A DNA stretch of 64,000 nt. Origin: an uncultured Bacillota bacterium (lineage in GTDB: Bacteria > Sysuimicrobiota > Sysuimicrobiia > Sysuimicrobiales > Segetimicrobiaceae). This document shows positions 39,282 to 49,336 of the stretch, piece by piece. The first letter of the stretch is position 1, and each line of letters opens with the position of its first letter. The stretch covers positions 1,312,001 through 1,376,000 of the forward strand of contig CAWDRG010000009.1 in the NCBI GenBank assembly GCA_963804645.1, in the 5' to 3' direction. The position numbers were made by a program, and so were the translations under genes. A model generated the notes under the pieces. It did not search any database. It saw only the letters and a list, made by a program, of their open reading frames with translations, and was not told the DNA's origin.

Positions 39282-39775
39282 TGGTCGGAGAGGCGCTCGC
39301 GTTCTACCTGCTGGCGGCGATCACCCTCGCGTCCGGCATCGTCGTGGTGACGAGCCCGAACCTCGTCCACAGCGCGGTCGCGCTCGTCCCCGCGCTGCTG
39401 GGCGTGACCGGGCTGTACATCCTGCTGAACGCGGAGTTCCTGGCGGGGGTCCAGGTGCTGATCTACGCCGGCGGCATCACGGTGCTGATCCTGTTCGTGA
39501 TCATGCTGACCGAGGGCGCCACCGGGCTGCGGGTCCCGCAGCGGAATGAGCAGGGGCCGATCGGGGCGGCGGTCGCGGGGGCGGCCGCGGCGGTCCTCAT
39601 CGCCGTCGCGACCCGGACGCCGTGGGCGCACGGCGCCGGCGTGCTGCCGTCCTACACGCCCGGCGCGATCGGGGAGAGCTTTCTCGGCCCGAACCTGCTG
39701 CTGTTCGAGGGCACCTCCGTCGTCCTGCTCGTGACGCTGGTCGGCGCGATCCTGATCGCTCGGAAAGAGGACTGA
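39281..39775 (+). CDS. nuoJ: NADH-quinone oxidoreductase subunit J
   Basis: AEFLAGVQVLIYAGGITVLILFVIML. Confidence 0.93.
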   Translation: MVGEALAFYLLAAITLASGIVVVTSPNLVHSAVALVPALLGVTGLYILLNAEFLAGVQVLIYAGGITVLILFVIMLTEGATGLRVPQRNEQGPIGAAVAGAAAAVLIAVATRTPWAHGAGVLPSYTPGAIGESFLGPNLLLFEGTSVVLLVTLVGAILIARKED

Positions 39776-39777
39776 CG

Positions 39778-40086
39778 ATGATCACGCTCACCCACTATCT
39801 CGTGCTGAGCGCGCTCCTGTTTGGGCTCGGGCTGTACGCGGTGCTCACGCGCCGGAACTCCGTGGCGATGCTGATGGGCATCGAACTGATGCTGAACGCC
39901 GCCAACATCAACCTCGTCGCGTTCAACAAGTACGCGGCACCGGGGGCGATGCAGGGGCAGATCTTCGCGCTGATCGTGATCACGATCGCGGCGTGCGAGG
40001 CGGCGGTCGGCCTGGCGCTGATCCTCGCCGCGTACCGCCGGTTCGAGACGACATACGTCGACGAACTCGACACGATGAAGGGATAG
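39778..40086 (+). CDS. nuoK: NADH-quinone oxidoreductase subunit K
   Basis: MGIELMLNAANIN and AACEAAVGLA motifs. Confidence 0.95.
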   Translation: MITLTHYLVLSALLFGLGLYAVLTRRNSVAMLMGIELMLNAANINLVAFNKYAAPGAMQGQIFALIVITIAACEAAVGLALILAAYRRFETTYVDELDTMKG

Positions 40087-40093
40087 GCGGCCG

Positions 40094-41953
40094 GTGACCT
40101 CGCTCGTCTGGGTGATCCCGCTCCTGCCCCTCGCCGCGTTTGTCGCGGTGACGTTCTGGGGCGAGCGCCTGCCCGGGCGCGGGGCGTACGTCTCGATCGC
40201 CGGGATCGTGCTCGCCGGGGCGGCCGGCCTGGTGGTCCTCGCCGACGTGATCGGCGGGGCCCGGGCCGACGTGACGTACACGTGGCTGACCCTCGGCACG
40301 CGCCCGCTGGTCGTGGGCTTCGTGGTGGATCCGCTCAGCGCCGTGATGCTCGCGATGGTCGGGGTCGTCGCCTCGCTGATCACGATCTACTCCGTCGGCT
40401 ACATGGCGGGCGACCCGCGCTACCCGCGGTTTTTCGCGTACCTGTCGCTGTTCCAGTTTTCGATGCTGTTCCTGGTGCTCGCCGACAACCTGCTGTTCAT
40501 CTACGCCGGGTGGGAGCTCGTCGGCCTGTGTTCGTACCTCCTGATCGGGTTCTGGTTCGAGCGGCCGGCCGCCTCGCGCGCGGCGCTGAAGGCGTTCGTC
40601 GTCACCCGGGTCGGCGATTTTTCGATGATGATCGGCATCCTGCTGCTGTTCCTGCACACGGGGTCGCTGCGCTTCGACGAGATCTTCCGGGCGCTCGGGG
40701 CCGGAACGTTCGGCGGGCCGACGCTGACGCTCGCGGCGCTGCTCGTGTTCGGCGGCGCCGTCGGCAAATCGGCGCAGGTGCCGCTGCACGTCTGGCTGCC
40801 GGACGCGATGGAGGGCCCGACCCCCGTCAGCGCCCTGATCCACGCGGCGACCATGGTCGCCGCCGGCGTGTACCTGGTCGCCCGGGCGTATCCCGTGTTC
40901 TTCTTGACGCCGGGCCATCAGGCACTGACGATCGTGGCCTATGTCGGCGGGATCACGGCGCTCGCGGGCGCGACGATGGGCCTCGTCGAGAACGACATCA
41001 AGCGCGTCCTCGCCTACTCGACGATGAGCCAGCTCGGCTACATGTTCCTCGGCCTCGGCACGCTCGGCTACACGGCCGGGATGTTCCACCTGCTCACCCA
41101 CGCGGTCTTCAAGGCGCTGCTGTTCCTCGCGGCCGGCAGCATCATTCACGCGGTCGGCACGAACGACATGAAGCGGATGGGCGGCCTGACGCGCGCCCTG
41201 CCGGTCACGTTCTGGACGTTTCTGATCGGGACGCTCGCGCTCACGGCGATCCCGCCGTTTGCGGGCTTCTTCAGCAAGGACGCGATCCTGGTCGCGGCCT
41301 ACCTGCACGACAAGACGCTGTGGGGGCTCGGCCTCGCCGGCGCGTTCCTCACGTCGCTCTACATGGGGCGGCTCTGCTGGTTCACGTTCGCCGGCACGTA
41401 CCGCGGGGGCGACCCCGAGGCCGCGCACGGCGCGCCGCACGAGAGCCCGCGGGTCATGACCGTGCCGCTGATCATCCTGGCGGCGCTCGCCGTGGTGCTC
41501 GGCTGGGTGGGCGCGGACGTGTTCGGCAATCCGTTCGCACGGTTCATCTCCTTCCCCGAACTCACGGCCGCGCCGGGGACGCTCGGGCTGGTCGGCGCGT
41601 CGCTCGCCGCCGCGGTGCTCGGCTGGGCGGCGGCGGGGGCGCTCTATCCCTGGCGCCTGGTCTCGCCGGCCGCACTCCGCCAGGGGCTCCCGTGGCTGTA
41701 CACGCTGCTCGTGCGCAAGTACTACGTGGACGTGGTCTACGACTGGGTGTTCGTGCGTGGGGGCGCGGTCATCGTGTGGATCGCGGACGCGTTCGACCGC
41801 TACGCGATCGACGGGCTCGTCAACCTGCTCGGATGGCTCGCGCGCCAGGTTGGGTTCGGCGTGCGGGTCCTGCAGACGGGGCGTGAAGAGACGTATCTGC
41901 TGCTGGCCGCGCTCGGCGCCCTCGTGATCGTGGTCGTGAGGTTGGTCTGGTGA
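40094..41953 (+). CDS. nuoL: NADH-quinone oxidoreductase subunit L
   Basis: GKSAQ.PLHVWLPDAMEGPTPVSALIHAATMV and HL.THA.FKALLF motifs. Confidence 0.95.
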   Translation: MTSLVWVIPLLPLAAFVAVTFWGERLPGRGAYVSIAGIVLAGAAGLVVLADVIGGARADVTYTWLTLGTRPLVVGFVVDPLSAVMLAMVGVVASLITIYSVGYMAGDPRYPRFFAYLSLFQFSMLFLVLADNLLFIYAGWELVGLCSYLLIGFWFERPAASRAALKAFVVTRVGDFSMMIGILLLFLHTGSLRFDEIFRALGAGTFGGPTLTLAALLVFGGAVGKSAQVPLHVWLPDAMEGPTPVSALIHAATMVAAGVYLVARAYPVFFLTPGHQALTIVAYVGGITALAGATMGLVENDIKRVLAYSTMSQLGYMFLGLGTLGYTAGMFHLLTHAVFKALLFLAAGSIIHAVGTNDMKRMGGLTRALPVTFWTFLIGTLALTAIPPFAGFFSKDAILVAAYLHDKTLWGLGLAGAFLTSLYMGRLCWFTFAGTYRGGDPEAAHGAPHESPRVMTVPLIILAALAVVLGWVGADVFGNPFARFISFPELTAAPGTLGLVGASLAAAVLGWAAAGALYPWRLVSPAALRQGLPWLYTLLVRKYYVDVVYDWVFVRGGAVIVWIADAFDRYAIDGLVNLLGWLARQVGFGVRVLQTGREETYLLLAALGALVIVVVRLVW

Positions 41954-43449
41954 CGGGCCTGCTGAGCGTCATCTTGTGGCTGCCGGTCGCGGGCGCGCTG
42001 GCGCTGCTGGTCGTGCCCCGGGACCGGCTGGCGGCCCTGCGGGGCGTCGCGCTCGGGACCGCGCTCGCCGACCTCGCGGCGGCATGCTGGGCCGTGGGCG
42101 CGCTCGACCGGGCGCACGCCGGCACGCTGCAGCTGGTGGAGCAGGTGTCCTGGATTCCGTCGATCGGGATCAGCTATCACCTCGGCGTCGACGGGCTCAG
42201 CCTGCCGCTCGTCGTGCTCACCGCGCTGCTCGTCGTCCTGTGCGTCATCTACTCGTGGCGGGTCGACGTGCGGGTCAAGGAGTACATGATCGTGCTCCTG
42301 CTGCTCGAGAGCGGCATGATCGGCGTGTTCCTGGCCCTCGACCTGTTCCTGTTCTACGTGTTCTGGGAAGTCAGCCTGATTCCGATGTACTTCCTGATCG
42401 CGATCTGGGGCGGCCCCCGGCGCGCGTACGCGTCGACGAAGTTCTTCCTCTACACGCTGGCCGCGTCGCTCGCGATGCTCCTGTCCATCCTGGTGGTCTA
42501 CCTGCACGCGACCCCGAGGACGTTCGACCTGCCGGCGCTCGTCGCGCAGCATCCGCTCGCCGGCGACCTGCCGCTCGCGGCGCTCGCGTTCTGGGGATTC
42601 TTCCTCGGGTTCGGCGTCAAAGTCCCGCTCGTCCCGTTCCACACTTGGCTGCCGGATGCGTACGCGGAGGCGCCGACCTCCGGCAGCGTGCTGCTCGCCG
42701 GCGTGATGTCGAAGCTCGGCGCGTACGGGTTCATCCGGATCGCGCTGCCGCTCCTGCCCGAGGCGTTCCGCCCGATGGCCGAGCTGGTGGCCGTGCTGGC
42801 GGTGATCGGCGCGGTGTACGGGGCGCTGGTGGCGACCGCCCAGACGGACCTCAAGCGCCTGATCGCGTACAGCAGCGTGGGCCACCTCGGCTACGTGATG
42901 CTGGGCGTCGCGGCCGCCGCGGCCGCCGGGAGCAACGTCCAGGCGGCGACGATCGCCCTCACGGGCGCGACCCTGCTGATGGTCGCGCACGGCATCATCA
43001 CCGGCGCCCTGTTCTTCCTCGCCGGGGTGCTCGGCGACGGCGAGGCCCGGACCCGCAACCTTACCGAGTTCGGCGGCCTCGGCGCGCGCCTGCCGGTGTT
43101 TACCGGCATGACGATGCTGGTGATGCTGGCGTCGCTCGGGCTGCCCGGGCTCGTGGGGTTCGTCGCGGAGTTCTTGATCTTCCTCGGCGCGTTCCAGATC
43201 TACCCGGTGCTGACGGTGCTGGCGCTCGCCGGCGTGGTCTTGACCGTCGCGTACCTGCTGTGGGCAATCTCCCGGCTGTTCTTCGGCCCCCTGAACACGC
43301 GCTGGGCGGCGCTGCCCGACATGGACGGGCGGGAGCTTTGGGCGGTGGTGCCCCTCGGCGCGCTCATGGTGCTGTTCGGCGTGTTCCCGCGGCCGCTCGT
43401 GGACGTGATCAATCACGCGATGGTCGGCATCCTGAGCCTCGTCCGGTGA
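41950..43449 (+). CDS. nuoM: NADH-quinone oxidoreductase subunit M
   Basis: FYVFWE, KVPLVPFHTWLPDA and KRLIAYSS motifs. Confidence 0.95.
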   Translation: MTGLLSVILWLPVAGALALLVVPRDRLAALRGVALGTALADLAAACWAVGALDRAHAGTLQLVEQVSWIPSIGISYHLGVDGLSLPLVVLTALLVVLCVIYSWRVDVRVKEYMIVLLLLESGMIGVFLALDLFLFYVFWEVSLIPMYFLIAIWGGPRRAYASTKFFLYTLAASLAMLLSILVVYLHATPRTFDLPALVAQHPLAGDLPLAALAFWGFFLGFGVKVPLVPFHTWLPDAYAEAPTSGSVLLAGVMSKLGAYGFIRIALPLLPEAFRPMAELVAVLAVIGAVYGALVATAQTDLKRLIAYSSVGHLGYVMLGVAAAAAAGSNVQAATIALTGATLLMVAHGIITGALFFLAGVLGDGEARTRNLTEFGGLGARLPVFTGMTMLVMLASLGLPGLVGFVAEFLIFLGAFQIYPVLTVLALAGVVLTVAYLLWAISRLFFGPLNTRWAALPDMDGRELWAVVPLGALMVLFGVFPRPLVDVINHAMVGILSLVR

Positions 43450-43462
43450 CGGGAGGACGCGC

Positions 43463-44902
43463 GTGAATGTGCAACTGATTCTGCCGGAGCTGCTGCTCGG
43501 AGGCCTGGGGCTCGGTCTCTTGGTGCTCGAGCTGTGCACGGCGCCCGAGGAGAAGTGGATCGTCGGCTGGGTCGCCGTGGTCGGCCTGCTGGTCGTGCTG
43601 GTGCCGTCCGCAGCGCTCTTGGCCGGCGCGCCGCGGACGGCGTTCGCCGGCACCTACGCGGTCGACCCGTTCGCGGCGCTGTTCAAGCTCATCGCGGTGG
43701 TGAGCGGGGTCCTCGTGATCCTGTCGGCGATGGAGTTCTTCCGCGGCCGTCCGTCGGCGCACGAGGGCGAGACGTACGCGCTGATCGTGTTTCTGGTCCT
43801 CGGGCTCGCCGCGATGGCCGCGGCCACGGACCTGATCGTGCTGTTTCTGGCGATCGAGTTCGTCTCGCTAATCTCATACGTGCTCGCCGGCTCGCTGAAA
43901 TCGGAACGCAAGAGCAGCGAGGCGGGGGTCAAGTACTTTTTCTACGGCGCGGCCGCGTCCGCGGCCATGGTGTACGGGTTCTCGCTGCTGTACGGCGCTG
44001 GCGGTACGACGAATCTCGTGCAGCTCGGACGCGCGCTGGCCGCCCTGCCGACGCCGTTTCTGGTCGTCGGCTCCGTGCTGGTGTTGGCCGGGCTGGGGTT
44101 CAAGACCTCGCTCGTGCCGTTCCACCAGTGGACGCCCGACGTCTACGAGGGCGCGCCGACGCCGGTCACCGCGCTGCTCTCGGTCGGCAGCAAAGCCGCG
44201 GCGTTCGCCGCGCTGTTGCGCGTGTTCGAGGTGGCCCTTCCGCCGGGTGCGTGGGTGCCGATCCTCGCCGCGCTCGCCGCGGTGACCATGAGCCTCGGAA
44301 ACCTGGCCGCCCTCGCGCAGCAGAATATCAAGCGAATGCTGGCGTACAGCTCGATCGCGCAGGCGGGGTACATGCTGATCGGCGTCGTCGCGCTGGCGGC
44401 CTCGCCGACGCCGATCGGCGCCGGGACCGGGGCGCTGCTCTACTACCTCATGGCCTACGTGTTCACGAACGTCGGTGCGTTCTGCGTCGTGATCGTCGTG
44501 GAGCGGGCGCTCGGGTCCGACGCCATCCGCGACTACGCCGGGCTCGCGCAGCGCGCGCCGTGGACGGCGCTCGCGATGGCCGTGTTCATGCTCTCGCTCA
44601 CCGGCGTCCCGCCGACCGCGCTGTTCTGGGGCAAGTTCAACCTGTTCGCCGCCGCGCTGCAGAGCGGGTTCGGCTGGCTGGCGATCGTGGGGATCCTGAA
44701 CAGCGCCGCCTCGTTCTACTACTACGCGGGGGTGGTCCGGGTGATGTACGCGCAGAGCCCGGCCGATCCGTCGCCGCTGCCGGAGGACGGGCTGGTGCGC
44801 ACCGTGCTCGGGCTGACGGTCGCCGGCACGCTCGTGCTGGGCGTCTTTCCCGAGCCGTTCGTCCGGCTCGCCCAGACCGCTTCGATCCTGCTCCGCCCGT
44901 AG
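43463..44902 (+). CDS. nuoN: NADH-quinone oxidoreductase subunit N
   Basis: EAGVKYF, PFHQWTPDVYEGAPT and KRMLAYSSI motifs. Confidence 0.95.
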   Translation: MNVQLILPELLLGGLGLGLLVLELCTAPEEKWIVGWVAVVGLLVVLVPSAALLAGAPRTAFAGTYAVDPFAALFKLIAVVSGVLVILSAMEFFRGRPSAHEGETYALIVFLVLGLAAMAAATDLIVLFLAIEFVSLISYVLAGSLKSERKSSEAGVKYFFYGAAASAAMVYGFSLLYGAGGTTNLVQLGRALAALPTPFLVVGSVLVLAGLGFKTSLVPFHQWTPDVYEGAPTPVTALLSVGSKAAAFAALLRVFEVALPPGAWVPILAALAAVTMSLGNLAALAQQNIKRMLAYSSIAQAGYMLIGVVALAASPTPIGAGTGALLYYLMAYVFTNVGAFCVVIVVERALGSDAIRDYAGLAQRAPWTALAMAVFMLSLTGVPPTALFWGKFNLFAAALQSGFGWLAIVGILNSAASFYYYAGVVRVMYAQSPADPSPLPEDGLVRTVLGLTVAGTLVLGVFPEPFVRLAQTASILLRP

Positions 44903-44936
44903 GACCTTTCTTTACGCGCCTTTCGTGCGTTCTGTC

Positions 44937-44965
44937 TTGACACCCCTTCACGTGTTTGTTACGAT
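44937..44965 (+). promoter_or_regulatory. sigma70 promoter of the V-ATPase operon
   Basis: TTGACA-17 bp-TACGAT with extended TG. Confidence 0.75.
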
Positions 44966-45057
44966 CTGAGCGCGCGAACGGCCTGGGTCTGTCCGGGCCG
45001 CGTGTCCGAGATGACGCTCGGTTCACGGTCGCTATTTTTTTGTCTATGGGAGTGTTC

Positions 45058-45408
45058 ATGGCGCAGCCCGACACCTCCAACCTGTCCTCCGACGACCGCA
45101 TTCTCCACGAAATAGCCGCAACGGAACGTACGCTCCAGGAAGAACTTGTCCGCGCCCGCGCCGAGGCGGCGCAGATGGTGGACCAGGCGCAGCGCGAGGC
45201 GGACGGGATCCGCGCGGCCGCGCGCGAACAGATCGCCCGCGAGGAGGCGGCTGCCGCGTCCACGGTCGCGGCGGAGACGAAGGCGACCACCGCGGAGGTG
45301 CTGCAGCGCGCGCAGGCCGAGGCCGAGACGATTCGCGCGCACGCGGCGCAGCACGTGCCGCAGGCGGTCGAGCTCGTGGTGCACGAGGTTCTCGGGGGTC
45401 GTGCGTGA
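45058..45408 (+). CDS. V/A-type ATPase subunit G/H (peripheral stalk)
   Basis: Coiled-coil Ala/Glu/Arg-rich ORF, first in the operon as in Thermus. Confidence 0.8.
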   Translation: MAQPDTSNLSSDDRILHEIAATERTLQEELVRARAEAAQMVDQAQREADGIRAAAREQIAREEAAAASTVAAETKATTAEVLQRAQAEAETIRAHAAQHVPQAVELVVHEVLGGRA

Positions 45409-47363
45409 TCGTTGCGATGAGCCGGGTCACCGTCGTCGGGCCCCGGCGCCTGCAGCGGCGGGTCGTCGAGTCGGTGCAGGATCTGGGCGCGCTCCACGTG
45501 GACCACGTCCGCCCCGCGGACGAGGCGTTCGCCCCGCGCGCACTCTCTGACACCGACCAGGGTGCCCGCGCCGCGTGGGACAGCACGCGGGCGCTCGCCG
45601 AGGGCGTCCTCGCGCTCCTTCCCGTCATCGAGATTCCACCGGTGGAGACGGCATCGTACGCCGCGCAGACCCCGGACGTCCTCCGGGATCGGGTGGCTCC
45701 GGTCGACGCGCAGGCGAAGGAGCTGACCCGCCAGCTGCTTGACGCCGAGGAAGAGCTCGAGCTGCTCCGCGCGTACGGGTCGACGATCCGCGTGGTCGGA
45801 CCGCTGCTCGCGCTGCTGGAGGGCAGCACGCGGGTGGAGTCCGCGGGGTTCATGCTCGAGGCGAAGCCGGGGGCCGCGGAGGCCGTGCGGAGCGAGCTCG
45901 CCCGTGCTACGCAGAACCGGGCGGTCTCGGTGATGCGCCCGGTCGACGACCGGCGGATCGGCGTGGTCGTGGCGTTCGCGCCCGAGGACGCCGACGCGGT
46001 GCGGGCCACATTGACCCGCGCCGGCGCGAGCGAACTCCGGCTGCCCGCGAGCGTCCAGGGGATGCCGCTGCGCGAGGCGGTGCCGTTCCTCGAGGAGCGC
46101 GGCCGCCGCCTGCCGGGCGAGCTCGAGGAGATCCGAGGACGCCTGATGCGCCTCTCGCAGCAGTCCCGGGCGGAGGTCGTGGCGATCGCGACCGTCGCGC
46201 GCGACGCGGTGCACCGCTTCGAGCTGATGCTGCAGACGCCGCAGTCGGAGCACGCGTTTCTCCTGTACGGGTGGGTGCCGACGCGCGAGGTCCCGACGGT
46301 CCGGACTGAGATGGCGAAGCGGTTCTCGAAGGACGTCGTGGTCTACGACGAGCCGGCGCCGGTCCATCACGCGGAGCAGGTGCCGGTGCTGCTCGACAAC
46401 CCCGCGTGGCTCCGTCCGTTCCAGCTGTTCTTGGGGATCTTCGATCCGCCGCGGTACGGCGAGTTCGATCCGACCATCCATTTCGCGATCGCCCTGCCGC
46501 TGTGGGTTGGCCTGATCGTCGGCGACGTCGGGTACGGCCTGATCTGGGTGGCGATGACCCTGTTCTTCGCTGGGAAGGCGAAAGCGGGCCGGCCGTGGCG
46601 GGCCGTCATCGCCGGGCTGGACCTGGGCTTTACGCTGTCCCCGACGGTGCTCCGGCAGGTGACGACCCTGCTCACCTATATGACGGTGTGGATCATGATC
46701 TTCGGGGTGATCTTCGGGGAGTTCTTCGGGCAGCTGCCGCAGCAGGTGATTCCGGGGTTTCACCCCATCTTCGACCGGGTCACGGGCCTGACGACGTACC
46801 TGTATCTGTCGGTGGGGTTCGGGCTGGCGCAGGTGTACCTGGGCCAGATCATGCACATGATGAAGGCCGTCCGGCACCACGACCGGCGGGGACTGTTGGA
46901 GGCGATCGCGCTGCTCAGCGGCGGGACGGCGATGTTCCTGTGGGTCGCGACCCAGGCGCAGGTGCTGCCCACGGCGTTCTTCAGCCCGGTGATCCTGGGC
47001 GTGGTCGTCTTGTTTGTCCTGGTGCTGGTCTTGTCGTGGTCGCTCAGCAGCCTGATGTGGGTGATGGAGGCGATCTCCACCTTCGGCGCGTTCATTTCGT
47101 ATGCGCGAATCTTCGGGGTCGGCATGGCGGCGGTGGCGCTCGCGATCGTCGCCGATACCGTGGGGGGCGGGTTCAGCATCTTGATCTTGGGCCTCCTGGT
47201 CGGGCTGCTCGTGCACCTCATCTTCTTCGGGATCACGATCATCGGGCACGTCCTCCAACCGGCCCGTCTCTACTGGGTCGAGTTCTTCTCGGCATTCAGG
47301 TACTACGACGACACCGGACATCGCTATCGTCCATTCCAACGTACCGGAGGTGGGGTCTCGTGA
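45405..47363 (+). CDS. atpI: V/A-type ATPase subunit I (a)
   Basis: PRYGEFDPT, GDVGYG, SYARI and RLYWVEFF motifs. Confidence 0.93.
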   Translation: MIVAMSRVTVVGPRRLQRRVVESVQDLGALHVDHVRPADEAFAPRALSDTDQGARAAWDSTRALAEGVLALLPVIEIPPVETASYAAQTPDVLRDRVAPVDAQAKELTRQLLDAEEELELLRAYGSTIRVVGPLLALLEGSTRVESAGFMLEAKPGAAEAVRSELARATQNRAVSVMRPVDDRRIGVVVAFAPEDADAVRATLTRAGASELRLPASVQGMPLREAVPFLEERGRRLPGELEEIRGRLMRLSQQSRAEVVAIATVARDAVHRFELMLQTPQSEHAFLLYGWVPTREVPTVRTEMAKRFSKDVVVYDEPAPVHHAEQVPVLLDNPAWLRPFQLFLGIFDPPRYGEFDPTIHFAIALPLWVGLIVGDVGYGLIWVAMTLFFAGKAKAGRPWRAVIAGLDLGFTLSPTVLRQVTTLLTYMTVWIMIFGVIFGEFFGQLPQQVIPGFHPIFDRVTGLTTYLYLSVGFGLAQVYLGQIMHMMKAVRHHDRRGLLEAIALLSGGTAMFLWVATQAQVLPTAFFSPVILGVVVLFVLVLVLSWSLSSLMWVMEAISTFGAFISYARIFGVGMAAVALAIVADTVGGGFSILILGLLVGLLVHLIFFGITIIGHVLQPARLYWVEFFSAFRYYDDTGHRYRPFQRTGGGVS

Positions 47364-47683
47364 AGCACCGGAAGCTCCTGCTAGGATTGAGCGTCGCGGC
47401 TCTCTGCGTGATCGGGTTTGCGCTGGCCGCGTCCGCGCAGCAGCCGGGCGCGAAGCCCGAGGTCAGCCCGGGCGCCGGCGCGATGGGGATCGGCGTCGGC
47501 CTGGCGATCGGCCTCGGCGCCGTCGGCACCGGGATCGCGCAGTCCCGCCTCCTCGGTGCCGCCGCGGGCGTCATCGCGGAGCGGCCGGAAATGTTCGGAC
47601 TGATGCTGGTGCTGTTCGCGCTCCCCGAGACGCTCGTCATCCTCGGGCTGGCGCTGGCGTTCTTCCTCTACGGCAAGATCTAG
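47360..47683 (+). CDS. atpK: V/A-type ATPase proteolipid subunit K/L (c) with signal peptide
   Basis: GTGIAQ...LPETL motif; N-terminal leader as in Thermus subunit L. Confidence 0.9.
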   Translation: MKHRKLLLGLSVAALCVIGFALAASAQQPGAKPEVSPGAGAMGIGVGLAIGLGAVGTGIAQSRLLGAAAGVIAERPEMFGLMLVLFALPETLVILGLALAFFLYGKI

Positions 47684-47707
47684 CGCGTCCGGGAGGATCA
47701 TGCTGCT

Positions 47708-48289
47708 ATGGCAACCGAGTTGAGCCGTCTGCTGGAACAGGAGGCGAAGGCCGAGAAGGACAAGGCCCTCGCCGACGCCCGCGTGCGCGCGGACGAGATC
47801 CTCGCGGCGGCCCGCCGGGATGCCGAGGGGTTCCTCGAGGTGGCGCGGTACCGCCTGGCCACCGAACGCGTGCAGGAGATCGCGCGGGCGACCAGCACGG
47901 CCAGCCTGCGCGCGGCCGCGCTGGTCCTCGCCGCGAAGGATGAGGCGATCCAGGCCGTCTTCGCGCGGGCGGAGGCTGACCTGCGCACGGCCGCGGCGGA
48001 TCCCGCGCGGCGGCGCGCGATGATCACGACGTACCTGGGCGAGGCCGCCCGCGACCTGACCCCGGGCCACGTGGTCGAGGTCTCGACCGGGGACGCCGAG
48101 GCGGCGCGCGACGCCGCGAACGCGCTTGGGCTGAGCGTCGAGGTGCGCGAGAACGCGAACCTGACCAACGGCGTGCGGCTCGTCAGCGCTGACGGCCGCT
48201 CGGTGGTCGAGAACGCGCTGGGAGGCCGGCTCGCCCGCGCGCGGCGGGAGTTCGTGTCGCGCGTCGCCGAGGTGCTGTGGGGCGCGTGA
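47708..48289 (+). CDS. atpE: V/A-type ATPase subunit E
   Basis: N-terminal coiled coil, GVRLVSADGRSVVEN.L..RL; operon position. Confidence 0.88.
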   Translation: MATELSRLLEQEAKAEKDKALADARVRADEILAAARRDAEGFLEVARYRLATERVQEIARATSTASLRAAALVLAAKDEAIQAVFARAEADLRTAAADPARRRAMITTYLGEAARDLTPGHVVEVSTGDAEAARDAANALGLSVEVRENANLTNGVRLVSADGRSVVENALGGRLARARREFVSRVAEVLWGA

Positions 48290-48316
48290 GCCTCCGCAGC
48301 GGCGAGCGTCCCACCC

Positions 48317-49336
48317 ATGGGTGATTTCGCGTACATCAACGCCCGCGTCAAGGTGATGAACTCGCGCCTGCTGCCGGCGGCCCGCCTCGACGAGCTGTTT
48401 CGCGCCTCCGATCTCGACGCGGTGATCCAAGGCCTCGCGGATACCCCGTACAACGTGGAGCTGGCGGAGGCCCTCAGCCGCTTCACGGGCGTGCGCGCCG
48501 TCGACGAGGGGCTGTCGCAGAACTTCTCGCACACGACGCAGCGGATTCTCAGCTTCGCCGACGGCGAGGCGCGCGACCTGATCGAGGTCGTGCTGCTGCG
48601 CTACGACCTGCAGAGCCTGCGCGCGATCATTCGCGGCAAGCTCACCGGCCGCAGCCAGGACGAGATCGTCGGCACGCTGTTTCCCGGCGGATTGCTCACC
48701 GAGGTGAAGCTGCGGGAGCTCCTGCAGCAGCCGGACGTCCGCGCGATCGCGGACACGCTGACGACCTGGATGCACCCGCTCGCCGGCGCGGTGCGCGAGG
48801 GGGCGGACGCCCTGCAGCGCGGCGGCAGCCTGCTCGACGTCGAGTCGGCGCTCGACCGCGCCTACGTGCGGTACGGGAGGCGGATCGCGGACACCGAAGG
48901 GGACGGAGATCTCCGCCGGTACCTGCAGGCGGAGGTCACCATGACCAACGCGATGACGGCGCTGAAGCTCCGGCGCATCAAGGAGCTGCCCCGCGAGGAG
49001 CGCGAGCGGTTCTTTGTACCCGGCGGGACGTTGCCGCTCGACCGCTTCCTCACGCTCGCGGATCCGCAGTCGAGCCTCTCCGAGATCGCGTCGATGCGGC
49101 TGTTCGGGGCGGAACTTGCCGGCACCGAGACGCTGTCCGAGATCGAACGCGCGATTGAGCAGGCGTTCCAGCGGATGGCCGCGCGGATGTACATGGCCGA
49201 TCCGCTCGGCGTGGGCGTCGTGATCGGGTACCTCGCCCGCAAGGCCGCGGAGATCAGCAACCTGCGCGTCATCGCGCACGCGCGCCAGCTCGGCATTCCG
49301 GAGGACGTGGCGCGTCGGGAGATCGTCGGTGTCTAA
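48317..49336 (+). CDS. atpC: V/A-type ATPase subunit C (d)
   Basis: FAYINARVK.M.SRLL and EISNLRVIA motifs. Confidence 0.9.
   Translation: MGDFAYINARVKVMNSRLLPAARLDELFRASDLDAVIQGLADTPYNVELAEALSRFTGVRAVDEGLSQNFSHTTQRILSFADGEARDLIEVVLLRYDLQSLRAIIRGKLTGRSQDEIVGTLFPGGLLTEVKLRELLQQPDVRAIADTLTTWMHPLAGAVREGADALQRGGSLLDVESALDRAYVRYGRRIADTEGDGDLRRYLQAEVTMTNAMTALKLRRIKELPREERERFFVPGGTLPLDRFLTLADPQSSLSEIASMRLFGAELAGTETLSEIERAIEQAFQRMAARMYMADPLGVGVVIGYLARKAAEISNLRVIAHARQLGIPEDVARREIVGV

Noticed and set aside
47360..47683. Na+-specific ATP synthase (Q...ET motif in the c subunit)
   Set aside because: It lacks the downstream Tyr of the full Na+ signature (PETLVIL) and resembles the H+-coupled Thermus subunit; ion specificity cannot be called.
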